Assembly: GCA_012270805.1 (NCBI GenBank)
Contig: JAAXHR010000342.1
Location: 1 to 57,314 of the forward strand
Reading direction: 5' to 3'
From: Dehalococcoidia bacterium
GTDB lineage: Bacteria > Chloroflexota > Dehalococcoidia > Lucifugimonadales > Lucifugimonadaceae
Length of the DNA: 57,314 bases
Made by a program: the position numbers and the translations under genes. Shown one piece after another: positions 16,601 to 23,928 of the stretch (position 1 is the stretch's first letter; the number at the start of each line of letters is the position of its first letter). The notes under the pieces were generated by a model. The model was not told where the DNA came from. It saw nothing but the letters and a program-made list of their open reading frames with translations, and did no database searches.

Positions 16601-16875
16601 GCCTGGGCGCGGAGGTAGATAGCTCGATATGCCGGTACGGACTGTGCATACTGACGACCGTAGACTTCCGGTGCCCAGGAACGGGAGTCTTCATCAACAC
16701 CGGTAGTACGTGCCCGAACAATATCTTCGAGCGTCGCCTTTTGATTGGACTCCGTTAGCGGCTGATAGGTGCCGTCAGCGTTGACAACAACCCACTGGCC
16801 GTTGACATCATCCGGTATCTGTGGCGTTGATGTCTTGGCCCACTGGAGCGGGTTGATCCACTTCTGCCAGTCCAT
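13657..16875 (-). CDS. portal protein fused to a Mu F / SPP1 gp7-like head morphogenesis domain, interrupted by an intein
   Basis: Sits directly downstream of TerL. The N-terminal ~470 aa are portal-like. Residues ~600-727 are MuF-like, ending in ...AKNTINCR/C. A Hint domain is inserted inside the NCRC motif. Confidence 0.8.
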   Translation of the reverse strand: MDWQKWINPLQWAKTSTPQIPDDVNGQWVVVNADGTYQPLTESNQKATLEDIVRARTTGVDEDSRSWAPEVYGRQYAQSVPAYRAIYLRAQAVRSAPLQVMRRRTDGDPEPVEDNHPVQELLNRVNPFWSAGDLLESLETYLCLYGSAFWFLDREGSLTGIPKTIWPLRPDRVKIIGGKVNDVQDFQNSDYIVGYEYHAGTMKVSLTTDEVVWFRRFNPLSELAGLSPVAPARATLDMGRNATMYNNRFFVNGAMPSTLVFVTNHALSDEQAKEFYKRLDKRHGGAVNAHKPMLWDGTAGEPKNIGLTQRDMEFLKTLEWTVEDAARVWGVPVPLMMSMVQSTFNNLKESRVWFYTGTIEPEWSFISEEINELFIPLVSGGRGRSDIFVTFDTSQILPLQEAMTELYERDRADIDSGVLTINEVRAKRNLEPVAWGDVWWAKGVVTPVEDATIEVESSEAAFGEDEERRYKALPQPDLDAVAKAFSDRYDAGVTGFSAMQRRLFERQRRDVIRRLNDMVPKGITEVVWEGEIPHAVHRQGPSSPLFHPADWLETFKDSGERLIATMLITEGRDHSDEFGLGGIDTDAPEIDEWVKDRTDFWARRVNDETARMIVNEMAQGLAAEESIPDLQRRVENVFAFNDTVRSERIARTEILGAANQGHLEAYRQSGVVEEKRWIATLDERTTRPDHLAAHRQVVPFESKFIVGGELLDAPGVGGSAKNTINCRCVPGETFVRASGIEAVTRRWYEGDLVEITTSSGYKLAGTPNHPILTDTGWVGLGRLSKGDNVAHSSRGNDFFTPLSRPDVDDMPTPISQVYDTLSLSPLVGGAAHRVRGSVMQFHGDGRRGHVDVVFPDDVLWNQRQTGVFEQLAEFKLSLTERKMGLTGDPASDFRVLQSQFVGIRASTGCYSLGTKPSVDNVPVSSVVLGDSINRHAGLVEHGNFGFVNTFSGAASRRSPFTNNPLSLSRSSENAAFYDGRAKSFVSNMEFPTEIVDTPTSDVGFDRIVNITITRFAGHVYNLQTPDFTFEANGIITHNCTVAPVVKSARKAANLPEPRALPEASKNGHAVVS
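13762..14694 (-). mobile_element. intein (311 aa) inserted in the MuF-domain NCRC motif
   Basis: Starts CVPGETFV...GDLVEITTSSGYKLAGTPNHPILT (blocks A/B). Ends VYNLQTPDFTFEANGIITHN followed by +1 Cys (CTVAP). Excision restores INCR-C. Confidence 0.8.
13822..14622 (+). CDS. putative homing endonuclease (tandem HTH motifs + Vsr/DUF559-like PD-(D/E)XK domain), encoded antisense inside the intein
   Basis: ORF open from 13765. GGAG lies 9 nt upstream of ATG 13822. HTH-like SIDNLSREFHIGYKRLRSTI and SVNAIAKHYGTNRNVIDARL. C-terminus is GEYNIDMASPPIAVELH...RERQRIVDLTNRGWHIIYVW. Confidence 0.6.
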   Translation: MTRKACDRNVDDAVKAYIAGGSIDNLSREFHIGYKRLRSTIVERGVLRTPAETERIIRERATATRRARKGIDESEVAMLYESGMSVNAIAKHYGTNRNVIDARLRAQGITPRGRSDANKLRLQHPEVRGRITRKAHLSLGEGELELRQLLEDSGLSLVPQYIVGEYNIDMASPPIAVELHNRATNPVSRTAYKGRERQRIVDLTNRGWHIIYVWTRKRRKEVITPAAVRDVISFAQSAKPNPSGIGQYRVIRGSGELIAAGCGDLD

Positions 16876-17248
16876 TGTACGGTTCCTCCGCAGGCGGGTC
16901 TATTAGCTCATTCCAGAACGCCGCCCACTGTTCGCGGGTTATGTTGGACGATTCGAGAAGACCATCATCTATAGTTACAACAACATCGTTGTCCTGCTGG
17001 AATGATAACAGGGATCGGTATAGCGCGAACGTTATCATCTTCAGGTTCGTCATTGTCAGCCGAACGTTAACCTGGGGAACGTCCTGTTGAGTGTCGAAGT
17101 CGTGGGCTGCGAACATGATAGCCGAGCCGTACATATGCAGCGTTATCCTGAACGAATCGGAGAATACGTCAGTCGGAGTAACCGGTTGGCCTGGGGTTAC
17201 TCCGCTTGGCGGAAAAGCTGCGGGGAACGGTGTCGTGTTCTGATTCAT
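16808..17248 (-). CDS. hypothetical protein
   Basis: Start chosen at MNQNTTPF with an AGAAAGGAA RBS. Overlaps the portal start by 68 nt. Confidence 0.5.
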   Translation of the reverse strand: MNQNTTPFPAAFPPSGVTPGQPVTPTDVFSDSFRITLHMYGSAIMFAAHDFDTQQDVPQVNVRLTMTNLKMITFALYRSLLSFQQDNDVVVTIDDGLLESSNITREQWAAFWNELIDPPAEEPYNGLAEVDQPAPVGQDINATDTG

Positions 17249-17408
17249 TAGATTCCTTTCTGCTGAACAACTTTTCTCTATCCCAATTTGGGCTTTTACA
17301 TGCGGGGCATACCCTTGGAGTACCCCTACCTCGGCGCGGTAGCCACTCATGACCACAACGACACCGACAACCCTCTAGTTTCACTTTACCGATTGGCAAC
17401 TTAGCCAA
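17169..17408 (-). CDS. small zinc-ribbon protein (3' extent uncertain)
   Basis: CRCGHEW...CPACKSPNW motif in the first 45 aa. The remainder overlaps the next ORF. Confidence 0.35.
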   Translation of the reverse strand: MAKLPIGKVKLEGCRCRCGHEWLPRRGRGTPRVCPACKSPNWDREKLFSRKESNESEHDTVPRSFSAKRSNPRPTGYSD

Positions 17409-18711
17409 CGTGTAACGGTACTCCGGTTCCTACGCCCGATAATACACCAAACGCACCGGACAGTGCATCAACCTGATCGTCGTGAACACCATCTTCGGGG
17501 AAAGCGTCGATTTCGTCAAAGAAGTCACCGACCCACGGCCCGTTGACAATGAGAATGTTGCCTGCGTGGGCCGTCGAAGACACTGGTCGCGCACGGTCTA
17601 CCTTGTTCTTCGTTGAGGGAATCCCGTCGAAGTTATACCCGTCGAAAACCGTTCGACGGAAGTGGTCTATCGTTATTTTCCCACTGGCCCCAGGCTCTTG
17701 TTCCATACGCTGCGAGACGTACAGACCATCGATTCTAGCCTGATTCTTCATGCGGATGTCCATATCACCAGGATTCATCTGAAAGCGGTCGATATGGCCG
17801 ATATAATACGTACCGCTGTCGTCTCTGCCAACTAGACAACCCACCGTCCAGTCAGGCTCTACCCCAGTTTTAGGCTCGGTAGCAGCCAAGTCCCAGAAGC
17901 GAACCCACCTGATCTGTCGCCCTTGTGGAAGTTCATCAACTACCCTGAACCACTCACGGCGCAGAAGTCCTCCTGCTGAACGTACTTCCCAATCGCCGTT
18001 AAGAAGCTGTGCCCTAGTGATCGGGTCAAGCTCCATGAGCGATGCTGTGTATTCCTCACGGTCGAGATACGGATTATCGACAAGACGGGCAGGAATAAAT
18101 ACCCGCCCATTCTGTTGACCCTCATCTATCATCCGGCGTTTGACCCATTCATGGCCGACACCACCTGGATTCGATGCCGACCGCATACGGAGAGGAACGT
18201 TAATATCAGTAGTCCGTCTTAACCGAGAGAACAGATAACGGTAATCCTGTTCATTGAATTGGGTGAGTTCATCCCACCCCACGAAACTCCACGCAGCGCC
18301 CTGATATCTGTACTTATGAAGTGCAGAATCAAGATACCCAAAGGATAACGTCGCACCTGAAGGGAAAGTCCATCGTTTGTGCATCTCTGACCAGTGGGCA
18401 TCGGTCGAAGCTAACCAGTCCTTAGACCTGTCCATCAACGCACCTTCAAGGGCTAGGTCTTGATAAGTACGTCGGAAAAGAATCGCATGATAGCCAGGGG
18501 TTTCGACGTATTGCAGAGCCGCCATAAGCAATGCGTCCGACTTCCCTCCACCTCCGCTCCCGCCGAAAAAAGCCTCTCGGCATCCGAGCAATAGAAACGC
18601 TAGTTGCTTCGGGGTAGGTCTATGCGGAATATAGTCCGACCACGGAAGCTCGAAACCACCGCCATCGGTCTTCCATGACCAGATTAGAGGGTTATCGGTT
18701 ACTGTCGTCAT
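17401..18711 (-). CDS. terL: terminase large subunit
   Basis: Walker A-like FGGSGGGGKSD. Its size and position between TerS and portal fit TerL. Confidence 0.85.
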   Translation of the reverse strand: MTTVTDNPLIWSWKTDGGGFELPWSDYIPHRPTPKQLAFLLLGCREAFFGGSGGGGKSDALLMAALQYVETPGYHAILFRRTYQDLALEGALMDRSKDWLASTDAHWSEMHKRWTFPSGATLSFGYLDSALHKYRYQGAAWSFVGWDELTQFNEQDYRYLFSRLRRTTDINVPLRMRSASNPGGVGHEWVKRRMIDEGQQNGRVFIPARLVDNPYLDREEYTASLMELDPITRAQLLNGDWEVRSAGGLLRREWFRVVDELPQGRQIRWVRFWDLAATEPKTGVEPDWTVGCLVGRDDSGTYYIGHIDRFQMNPGDMDIRMKNQARIDGLYVSQRMEQEPGASGKITIDHFRRTVFDGYNFDGIPSTKNKVDRARPVSSTAHAGNILIVNGPWVGDFFDEIDAFPEDGVHDDQVDALSGAFGVLSGVGTGVPLHVG

Positions 18712-18929
18712 AAAGCAAATATAGGATACTTATCACGTCCATAGTGTCGAGCGAACATAAGCCGACCCTTAGCGTGATCGTTACAGATAACTAGGACACC
18801 ATTCGCTTTTCGTGAAGGACAGACCCATGCTGCATTACCGTCACAGCGATATTTTGGTAGGCTTCGGATTTTCCATTCACACTTCGACGGCCACCACGTT
18901 TCGACAATAACTTTCGAATCCCACATCAC
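18708..18929 (-). CDS. hypothetical Cys-rich protein
   Basis: 73-aa ORF coupled on both sides. Confidence 0.5.
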   Translation of the reverse strand: MMWDSKVIVETWWPSKCEWKIRSLPKYRCDGNAAWVCPSRKANGVLVICNDHAKGRLMFARHYGRDKYPIFAL

Positions 18930-19774
18930 AGCGCCATCACCATCTGAGACATTCTGTTCGCGGCGATTTCACAATACTTTTCTTCAATTTCAATACCGAT
19001 AGCTTTTCGTCCCAGGTCTTTCGCTGCACGAAGCACTGTACCGGAACCGGCTAGTGGGTCAAGAACCGTATCGCCTTTTTTACTCCACGTCGCTATGTGG
19101 TCTGCCGCCATTTTGTACGGCATACGGGCGGGATGGTCGGGATCACCACGACGATAAGGATTAGAAATATACCACCAGTTATACCGAAGCCCATATTCCG
19201 GTATTATCGCACCTTGGCGAGATTTCAAAGACATGGAACCATCTCGGTTTCTATCCGTACTATGTATGTCACTCCCCGCACTCACATTCTGTCGATCTTT
19301 CAATCCATTGAAGACATTCGGCTTCCCCTTACTGAAAACAAACATGTATTCAAAAGCCGGAAGGTAACGGTTAGCGTCGGGGAACGTGACTCCCGTCTTC
19401 ATGTAGATCATCGTATCGTGCAAATACATTCGACATTCGTCCATCATGTACAACGCTTGCCTGAACGACGTGCCGGTTTCCGATCCGTTGATCGTCTGAT
19501 CAGCTACGTTCCATACTACGACGCCACCCTTCGCTGTCACTTCTGATAATCCTCGCATCGTCTTACGCCAATCGAATTCATATCCCTCGTAAGTACGGAT
19601 GTCGTCATATGGCGGTGATGTTACAGTCAGATGAATGTCAGATAACGACGGCAGTACGTCAAGACAGTCAGCATGATAGATCGTTACGGCTTCGTCCTCA
19701 TAATATGGCTTAATCACGTTTCCCCCTCCGTTGTGTGTCATTTCAAACTGTTCTATAGAACGACTGTAAATCAC
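18926..19774 (-). CDS. DNA methyltransferase (N6-adenine/N4-cytosine, beta class)
   Basis: Motif IV TSPPYDD precedes motif I LDPLAGSGTVLRAA. Confidence 0.8.
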   Translation of the reverse strand: MIYSRSIEQFEMTHNGGGNVIKPYYEDEAVTIYHADCLDVLPSLSDIHLTVTSPPYDDIRTYEGYEFDWRKTMRGLSEVTAKGGVVVWNVADQTINGSETGTSFRQALYMMDECRMYLHDTMIYMKTGVTFPDANRYLPAFEYMFVFSKGKPNVFNGLKDRQNVSAGSDIHSTDRNRDGSMSLKSRQGAIIPEYGLRYNWWYISNPYRRGDPDHPARMPYKMAADHIATWSKKGDTVLDPLAGSGTVLRAAKDLGRKAIGIEIEEKYCEIAANRMSQMVMAL

Positions 19775-19984
19775 TCAACCTTGACGATATGACGGTGAAA
19801 AATACTCAGATGTTGTCTCACCGTAACCTAGTAGCCAGCTAGCCGGTATCTCCACAACACCTATTTTCGTCCACGACCGATACCAGCGCCGACCGCACTC
19901 ATTACAAGTAACCTCCGAATAGTGTGATGCGCGTGTCCGTACACTTCGGCTGCGATTGTGGGCACAGAGATAGCGTTTCGGCAT
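19775..19984 (-). CDS. hypothetical protein
   Basis: 69-aa ORF containing CNECGRRW. Confidence 0.45.
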   Translation of the reverse strand: MPKRYLCAHNRSRSVRTRASHYSEVTCNECGRRWYRSWTKIGVVEIPASWLLGYGETTSEYFSPSYRQG

Positions 19985-20112
19985 TAGTTCACAATATCAG
20001 CGACCAGCATGTACCACGCAAATCCCAAGATGCTAAACCCTGCGATCATCCATGAGAAGAACCATATCACCGCTAGCCACTGTCCGAGTGTCATTTTACG
20101 GAGTTCATTCAT
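19984..20112 (-). CDS. small membrane protein, 42 aa
   Basis: MNELRKMTLGQWLAVIWFFSWMIAGFSILGFAWYMLVADIVN. Overlaps both neighbours. Confidence 0.4.
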   Translation of the reverse strand: MNELRKMTLGQWLAVIWFFSWMIAGFSILGFAWYMLVADIVN

Positions 20113-20695
20113 TTTTGGGCTTAGACCCCTCTTCAGATTCGTCCATAGAGGCGTCTAGCAGCGCCGTAGAGCCGTTTTCTGGCGTCGGGAGTACATTACT
20201 ACCGGCCAGCACCTTAAACGCCTCTGTCACGTCCTCTGACGTTATCGTTAGGTTTTTAGGTTCCTCATTACGGACTTCAACCTTTACCTCGGCCTTCTGA
20301 TCGACGTTCTGTTGATTCACCTGTTGGGTGTAGTGAACGTTCGGCTGACGTGGGACGATCCCGTTGATAACGTCGATGCGGTTGAGAACCTTCATGACGT
20401 TTTGGAACGCGCGTTCTCGGAGTTCAACTGGACAGTACGGATTCGTAGCAACATCCCACCATGTCAGCATAAGTTTTCCGTAACGTTCCATCTGAAGCGC
20501 CCGAACCTCTAAGACTCCAGCGGCGTTGGACTTCGCCATCTCGCCGAGGTATCGGGATACATCGTTCTGAACTACCGACCGGCTTACGCCGAGCTTTTCA
20601 GCAATAGCGTTTTCAGTCATGCCGGAGATTTTCAACTCCATGACTTCAGCGCGGCGCTTCTTCAGTGCTAGGGTTCGTCCGTTTTGTCTAGGCAT
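20105..20695 (-). CDS. terS: terminase small subunit (HTH)
   Basis: N-terminal HTH TENAIAEKLGVSRSVVQNDVSRYL. First gene of the late block, upstream of TerL. Confidence 0.65.
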   Translation of the reverse strand: MPRQNGRTLALKKRRAEVMELKISGMTENAIAEKLGVSRSVVQNDVSRYLGEMAKSNAAGVLEVRALQMERYGKLMLTWWDVATNPYCPVELRERAFQNVMKVLNRIDVINGIVPRQPNVHYTQQVNQQNVDQKAEVKVEVRNEEPKNLTITSEDVTEAFKVLAGSNVLPTPENGSTALLDASMDESEEGSKPKNE

Positions 20696-20710
20696 ATATT
20701 ATTGCTGGCG

Positions 20711-20801
20711 ATTATAACATCTACGATTATCCTTCGATTTTGCAATACTTACAATATTGCACGAAAAGGGTATTGACATGTAATGGCGTAGAGTATATCT
20801 T
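20711..20801. promoter_or_regulatory. divergent control region: TATAAT (minus, 20716-20711), palindrome TGCAATA-N7-TATTGCA (20741-20761), TTGACA-N17-TATCTT (plus, 20773-20801)
   Basis: Hexamers and the palindrome were read directly. The region lies between the divergent late (minus) and early (plus) blocks. Confidence 0.45.
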
Positions 20802-20989
20802 TGATGTACAGAAAGGAACAAACACACACGACGGAGGGGCACGAACGGCAGAGACGAACAGATTCCAGCTAAAGGGGCTGAGTAGACCGAACCTCAAGAG
20901 GGCGGCTGAAGCGAAAGCGAGAGTAGGCCGGATGCGGGGAACTAGAGTGGGTAGCTAGTAACAAAAACATGGAGGGACACACAACACTA

Positions 20990-21349
20990 GATTGACCTTC
21001 CATGTAGCGCGACCGATCAGTTATTGCAAAAACGCAACAACTCAACACACACACGACGGATGGAATGACAATGGCACTAGCATTTGTATTTGGTGGCCCG
21101 ATCCAGACCGTAGGCGACCTTATGGACGCCGTCACAGAAGCGAAAGAGATCGTCGCAACAGTCAACATCGGCGATCACTATATCTCAGTTCCGGTCACGA
21201 AGAAGTCCATTCGAGATGCATATAAAGATGACAGCGACCCCGACGGGTGGCTTGACGAACAAGGGAGATATGAGCCTCAGTTTGACCATGACACCAAAAC
21301 CCTTTATCTCGGCTAAACTGCACCGGTCGCGCTACATGGGCGGTCAATC
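20990..21349. repeat. 26-bp inverted repeat (24/26) flanking ORF 21065..21316
   Basis: GATTGACCTTCCATGTAGCGCGACCG (20990-21015) versus CGGTCGCGCTACATGGGCGGTCAATC (21324-21349). Confidence 0.8.
21065..21316 (+). CDS. hypothetical protein
   Basis: 83-aa ORF preceded by ACACACACGACGGATGG. Confidence 0.55.
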   Translation: MTMALAFVFGGPIQTVGDLMDAVTEAKEIVATVNIGDHYISVPVTKKSIRDAYKDDSDPDGWLDEQGRYEPQFDHDTKTLYLG

Positions 21350-21378
21350 GCCTAAATACACAACGGAGGGCTACCCAT

Positions 21379-21564
21379 ATGTGCGAACACGGAATGTTCT
21401 ACTGGTGCATCAAGTGTGACGAAGACGACCGGATTGCAGAGCTAATCAATACCTGGGAGATACGTCGGGCAGGGTACGAAGCCGAAGCGTACTACGACTA
21501 CCTAGCCGACGCTGGGATCATCGACGCTGACAGCGTTGATCTGGAACCGATGGAGGTTGCTTAA
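21379..21564 (+). CDS. hypothetical protein
   Basis: 61-aa ORF preceded by CACAACGGAGGG. Confidence 0.55.
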   Translation: MCEHGMFYWCIKCDEDDRIAELINTWEIRRAGYEAEAYYDYLADAGIIDADSVDLEPMEVA

Positions 21565-21713
21565 TGCAAAAACAAGATGTTCTCAAAACCCCTAACCCCG
21601 ATGATCCATGTTGTCACGACTACTGCGGTCACGCTTTCAAAGATCACTGGAAAAACGGGTTCATGAAAGGGATATGCCGTATCTGTATTTCCTGCAAGGA
21701 ATTCAAACGATAG
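21564..21713 (+). CDS. small Cys/His-rich protein, 49 aa (paralog of 21966..22118)
   Basis: CCHDYCGHAFKDHWKNGFMKGICRICISCKEFKR. TAATG coupling. Confidence 0.5.
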   Translation: MQKQDVLKTPNPDDPCCHDYCGHAFKDHWKNGFMKGICRICISCKEFKR

Positions 21714-21807
21714 GCACAGAACGACGGCGGTCTTCGGATCGCCGGTAATGTGGCACCGACACCGTAAGCTGTCGGCTATCGTCGCAAATCTAAACCGGAG
21801 GTAATCT

Positions 21808-21966
21808 ATGATAGAACGCCGCGGGACGAAACCGTTTGCTGTGAGACATCTTCCCGTCGAAGTGTGGGAACGGCTAAAAATCCAGTCGGCCTATCAGCAA
21901 AGGCCAATGACGGAAATCGTAATCGAAGCGATCAGAGAAAAACTCGACAAGCTGGAAGGGGAGTGA
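21808..21966 (+). CDS. ribbon-helix-helix (Arc/CopG-like) DNA-binding protein, 52 aa
   Basis: KPFAVRHLPVEVWERLKIQSAYQQRPMTEIVIEAIREKL is an RHH pattern. GGAGG RBS. Confidence 0.55.
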   Translation: MIERRGTKPFAVRHLPVEVWERLKIQSAYQQRPMTEIVIEAIREKLDKLEGE

Positions 21967-22118
21967 TGCCCTTAGCAGACCGAGACAACCCCGTTCTGTG
22001 CCGTGAACGCGACTGTGGACATTCGATAATGGATCACATCAAAAACCGCGTCGTGCGAGGGTGTAGCCGCTGCGGGTGTCCACGGTTCAAACGTCAACCA
22101 CGGCACATAATCAGATAG
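21966..22118 (+). CDS. small Cys/His-rich protein, 50 aa (paralog of 21564..21713)
   Basis: CRERDCGHSIMDHIKNRVVRGCSRCGCPRFKR. Start overlaps the upstream stop. Confidence 0.5.
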   Translation: MPLADRDNPVLCRERDCGHSIMDHIKNRVVRGCSRCGCPRFKRQPRHIIR

Positions 22119-22170
22119 CACGCCGCTACGTCGCTCTACGGGCGACCTACGGCGTTAGAAAGGAAATATA

Positions 22171-23001
22171 TTGAACAAACAGAAGGTATACAACACAACT
22201 GAATTGCGAGAGGTTGACATATCTCCGCAGCTAGCCGAGGAAATGCTTACTCGGAATGGACACAACCGCCCGATGTCGGAGAGACGTGCCCAACGACTAG
22301 CCGAGCGGATCAAACGGGGCGAGTGGCGGTATAACGGCGAGTCGATCATCGTAGATTGGCACGACAACATCCTCGACGGTCAGCATCGTTTGTGGGCGAT
22401 ATTCCTGTCAGGTAAGACTGTCAAGTCGGCCATAGTCTATGGGATTGATCCTGCCACGTTCACAACAATTGACGTTGGTCGCGGGCGGTCAAGTGCTGAT
22501 TCCCTCGCCGTGTTTGGATACCAGAACACGTCTTCATTGTCCGTCGCCGCTCGGATAATCTACAACCTCGAACTGAACGCCGAACAATATCAGGACGCTT
22601 ACGGCGTTTCGAACGAAGCGATCATCGACATCGTAGAGCGCCATCCTGGGTTAATCGAGTCCACCGCGAAGTGTCTTTCCTGGGGATCAAGAACGGGACT
22701 CGGCAGAGGGCGCACAGCAGGACTACACTACCTGTTCAGTCAGGTTAACCAGGAACAGGCGGATACGTTCGTGGCAGATTTCGCCAACGGGACCGGTGTC
22801 GTTGCAGAGAACGACGCCTTTATCCGGTTACGGGACCGCCTGCGGGACGCAAGGATGTCTGCCACTGTCAACATCGACGTTGCAACTCAGCTAGCGTTGG
22901 TAATTAAGGCGTGGAATATGTACCGGACCGGAAAGGTACTACGGCACGTTGCATGGAAGCGCACCGGCGAAAAGCCTGAACCGTTCCCGAAGCCTGTCTA
23001 G
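22171..23001 (+). CDS. ParB-like nuclease domain protein
   Basis: NILDGQHRLWAI motif (ParB/Srx DGxHR). TTG start after AGAAAGGAAAT. Confidence 0.65.
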   Translation: MNKQKVYNTTELREVDISPQLAEEMLTRNGHNRPMSERRAQRLAERIKRGEWRYNGESIIVDWHDNILDGQHRLWAIFLSGKTVKSAIVYGIDPATFTTIDVGRGRSSADSLAVFGYQNTSSLSVAARIIYNLELNAEQYQDAYGVSNEAIIDIVERHPGLIESTAKCLSWGSRTGLGRGRTAGLHYLFSQVNQEQADTFVADFANGTGVVAENDAFIRLRDRLRDARMSATVNIDVATQLALVIKAWNMYRTGKVLRHVAWKRTGEKPEPFPKPV

Positions 23002-23010
23002 GCAAAAGTA

Positions 23011-23104
23011 AAGGCCGGATCAGTGTTGGCATGTCATGAGCGTAACACTGGCAGCGACAATCTCTTAGGGGGGCAGATTGCGATGTGTGAGGCTGATCCG
23101 GCCT
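23011..23104 (+). other. structured element closed by a 13-bp stem
   Basis: AAGGCCGGATCAG (23011-23023) pairs with CTGATCCGGCCTT (23092-23104). Inner hairpin CAGTGTT...AACACTG. No T-tract follows. Confidence 0.4.
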
Positions 23105-23145
23105 TACTCGCATAGTACAATACTCAACACGACGGAGGTCAAGAC

Positions 23146-23289
23146 ATGAAGCTACGTTCTATTCTCTATTTCATCGCCGCCCTTCTAGGTGACGCAAATG
23201 CGGTATCGAAGAACCGTGTCGGTCGGCGTGTCGCTAGACGTGCAGCAGGACGGGCAGCGGGGAGAGGCATGGGGAAGCTGTTCAAATGA
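23146..23289 (+). CDS. small membrane-anchored basic protein, 47 aa
   Basis: MKLRSILYFIAALLGDANAVSKNRVGRRVARRAAGRAAGRGMGKLFK. ACGGAGG RBS. ATGA coupling to the next ORF. Confidence 0.55.
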   Translation: MKLRSILYFIAALLGDANAVSKNRVGRRVARRAAGRAAGRGMGKLFK

Positions 23290-23561
23290 ACTACCCCGAC
23301 AACCGAAGGGCGTTGACAGATTACTACCTTCAGTACGACTTGGACGTTCTTTCCGACTCCAACGCAATCGATATACAGAAGGAACGGGACGACCTGTTTG
23401 ACGCGCTCCAGAAGATGCCCAAATACAACGGACTGCAATCGTGGTGTTATGGCTGCGGTGTAGTTCGTGGGTTTAATGTACATCGAACCGGATGTATTGT
23501 GAAACATGCCGAAACGCTCATTGCCCGTATCAAGAAAGGAACTTCCAATGACGAACCGTAA
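23286..23561 (+). CDS. hypothetical protein
   Basis: 91-aa ORF. Confidence 0.55.
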   Translation: MNYPDNRRALTDYYLQYDLDVLSDSNAIDIQKERDDLFDALQKMPKYNGLQSWCYGCGVVRGFNVHRTGCIVKHAETLIARIKKGTSNDEP

Positions 23562-23928
23562 ACCGTGGCGTGGATGGGCGGCGGACAGGAAACCGGAAAA
23601 GATCAAGTACGGCGCACCGGACGGACGGCGTGAACGCTATGCCGAGCTAGAGCGACAGACTGAAGGCTACATATGCGGTGTCTGTACCTCAGAAATCCGC
23701 ATCGTGTGGATGAAAGATCAGAGCGACTACGGTCTTCGATGCAACTGCCATCCTCACAGGCCACGACCAGTCCGAGACTCACAGAGCCGGTACATCGAAC
23801 AGAAGCGCGGGAAGATGGTCAGATCACAGATAACGGGTTCGGTGTCTGTGTTCGCTGACGATGAAGTATCCGAACCTGATCGGGTCGTTGCGGACGCCGC
23901 CGACCTGTTCCCGATGGAGGGTGAATAG
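23548..23928 (+). CDS. hypothetical protein
   Basis: Start at MTNRKPW after AAAGGAA. Contains CGVC...CNCH. Confidence 0.55.
   Translation: MTNRKPWRGWAADRKPEKIKYGAPDGRRERYAELERQTEGYICGVCTSEIRIVWMKDQSDYGLRCNCHPHRPRPVRDSQSRYIEQKRGKMVRSQITGSVSVFADDEVSEPDRVVADAADLFPMEGE

Noticed and set aside
20740-20958. 72-aa plus-strand ORF in the divergent control region.
   Set aside because: It starts inside the operator palindrome and promoter, has no RBS and has an Arg/Gly-rich translation. The region is more likely a leader or sRNA.
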